This document shows, piece by piece, positions 61,768 to 64,000 of a stretch of 64,000 nucleotides of DNA (position 1 is the first letter of the stretch; every line of letters begins with the position of its first letter). This DNA is from Paramecium tetraurelia (lineage: Eukaryota): contig CT868012.1 of the NCBI GenBank assembly GCA_000165425.1, forward strand, positions 186,001-250,000, given 5' to 3'. The notes beneath the pieces are model-generated. The model had not been told where the DNA came from and did not search any database. It saw nothing but the letters and a program-made list of their open reading frames with translations. Both the position numbers and the translations under genes were made by a program.

Positions 61768-64000
61768 ATGAGATTAAATGACTTGACAGAATCTAGGAAG
61801 ATGTTGAAACAATTTAAGGATAAGGATGTCAGACCGCCAAGGTCATATAGTGATTTCTCGAAATCCCCAAGATAATTGTAGTTAGATACAACTCAATTGT
61901 ATTCGTGGGGTAAGATTGTTATTTAATGTAGGTTTAAATACTTGTGGTTAACAATTAAAGAATAATAAAAACATAACTCCACACTATTAAGGAGTGACAT
62001 TATGTTCTGCAGGAGAAAATCATACTATCATAGTGAATAATAAGAATGAAGTTATAGGGTTTGGTGACAACTAATTTGGGTAATTGGGATATGAATCAAA
62101 TACTCAACCGAAATTGAGTCCCATATTCAAAGATCAAAGGATAACTAGCGTAGTTTGTGGAGCTGAACACACATTTATGTTGACAGCTAAAGGCGAAGTT
62201 TATTCTTGGGGTTTAAATTTGAAAGGCCAATTAGGTTTGGGTTGTTTCGATAACATAAGTCAGCCCACTCTCGTATATGGGTTATTACCATTTGGTAATA
62301 GTAATGGGAAGGCAAGAGAACAATAATAGGGTCATAAGCGGATGAAGAGTGCCAATGAAGGGGATTAGTCTACATCTCCAGGATTGAAGGAGAGATCTTC
62401 ATCAATCGACAATATAATGGAGTAGCTTGTGATGATGAAAGAAAAGATTAAATAGAAGAATACGAATGAGAATTTATGTTAGATTCTATTATAAAATGAC
62501 GAAGCAGTTTAATAAGTCGCATGTGGTGCATTACATACTTTAATATTGACTAACAAGAATAGAATTTTCTCTTGTGGTTTTGGTGAATCATATGCATTGG
62601 GACACTAAGAGAATTAGACAATAAGTGAGTTTAAATTAATTTAAAATTTATATCATTTTAAAGTGGAGAAAATTAGTTGTGGCTTAGCACATTCAGGTTG
62701 TATCATTGAAGGCGGAAAACCTTATTTATGGGGTTTTTGCAAATCCAATAAAGAATTTTACAAATAACCAACTCAAATCAAAATTGTAGATGAATTCAAC
62801 AATTAGTAATGCGTATTGGACATGAAGATGGGTGAAATGTATACCTTGTTTTTAACAAGCAAAGGTGAAGTATACTCTATGGGAGATAATATTCAAGGGT
62901 AATTAGGAAATGATTTAAACAGTTCTGATGTGCCTATTAAAATTTTGGGTTTGCCATTGATATCACAGATAGCAGCAGGTAGAAATCACAGTCTGGCTTT
63001 GTCTGCAGATTACAAATAAATATATGGATGGGGTTCCAATATCTATGGATAGTTAACGGGATAGCCAAGTGTAAATGGAAAGGGAATCATCTTACCTAAA
63101 TTGTTATTCACAGTGCCTGAAACTCAGAGAATTGTTTGTGGTAATTTCCATTCCATTCTGTTATCGCCATCATATCTCGAGATCATTTTGGATGAAAATG
63201 ACAATTCCAATAAGGAGTAGGATAAATTGAATGAAGAGGTTGAAAAATATAGGAATGAATAAGAAATACTAAAATAATAAAACATTTAATTACAATAAAA
63301 ATATGACAGGATGAAAAATGAATTGTTATCGAAAAAGAAAGTGAAAGACTAAAAAGTGTAAACAACAGAATCGTACATTTAAAGGCAAATAAAAAAACAA
63401 CAATCTAAATTTGATATTTCAGCATTGGAGATCTCCCCAGAGAGACCAATCAAACATAGAATATTTCAATCTAGTTTGGACATAGATTTCAATGACATTA
63501 TGTTAGAGAAACAAATCAGTGAGGGAGGCTATGGAGTGATTTATAAAGCAAAATGGAGGGAAACTACAGTAGCTGTTAAGATGTTTAAGATAGATGGAAT
63601 GAATGAGAATCATATTAGAGATTTTCTATCTGAATGTCATGCCATGGAGGCTTTGAGACATCCAAACATAGTAATGTTTCTAGGTGCTTGTACTAAACCA
63701 CCTAATCTAGCTATAGTATTGGAATATTGTTAACGAGGGTCATTATGGCAGGTGATATAAAATCATGATATTCATTTGACTTGGGAAGATCGAAGGAAAA
63801 TGGCATTGGATGCTGCAAAAGGAGTGTTGTATTTGCATTCATTCAACCCTCCCATTCTCCATAGAGATTTGAAAAGTTTAAATCTGTTGTTAGATGAAGC
63901 ATTTAGAACCAAACTGGCTGATTTTGGTTGGACCAGAACATTATCTAATTATATGACTAGCAAGATTGGAACCTATCAGTGGATGGCACCTGAAGTAATC
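61768..64000 (+). CDS. RCC1-repeat + coiled-coil + TKL (Raf/MLK-like) protein kinase; runs off the window end
   Basis: RCC1 blades ([59 protein letters not shown]). Kinase [35 protein letters not shown] and GTYQWMAPE. Confidence 0.93.

Noticed and set aside
1..64000. Widespread pseudogenisation or stop-codon readthrough
   Set aside because: The apparent stops are TAA/TAG Gln codons of the ciliate code; I found no in-frame TGA in the conserved domains I translated.
1..64000. Retained germline IESs, transposons, telomeric repeats, tRNA or rRNA genes
   Set aside because: The frame interruptions I examined are explained by GT..AG introns. I saw no transposase or RT motifs, no C4A2/C3A3 tracts and no recognisable structural RNA. 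Short intergenic IESs or snoRNAs cannot be excluded by eye.

Overview
This is very AT-rich eukaryotic DNA that reads cleanly only with the ciliate nuclear code (TAA/TAG = Gln, TGA the only stop). It has many tiny 21-31 nt GT..AG introns and mostly very short intergenic gaps, the hallmarks of a Paramecium-type macronuclear chromosome; the species cannot be determined from this window. The supplied standard-code ORF track therefore fragments nearly every gene. Hand translation supports about 28 protein-coding genes: an Asterix-like ER protein, Cys-rich surface proteins, a PMCA Ca2+-ATPase, a membrane RING E3, a TM9SF protein, two SHIPPO/ODF3-repeat proteins, coiled-coil proteins, an AGC kinase, a JHY-like protein, a secreted NTPDase, an SDR, RPL37, a rhomboid, a MORN-like repeat protein, a DHHC acyltransferase and an RCC1-TKL kinase. 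The most interesting part is 9.5-26 kb. There a soluble-adenylyl-cyclase-type enzyme (two cyclase domains, a STAND NTPase and an unexpected PH domain) sits head-to-head with four tandem membrane hybrid histidine kinases. These share an unnamed transmembrane sensor region and a Cys/His cluster on the receiver. The fourth copy is a predicted pseudokinase whose stop codon overlaps the next gene's start codon (ATGA). Start codons and exon boundaries come from manual reading, long genes were spot-checked rather than translated end to end, and no database search was run.
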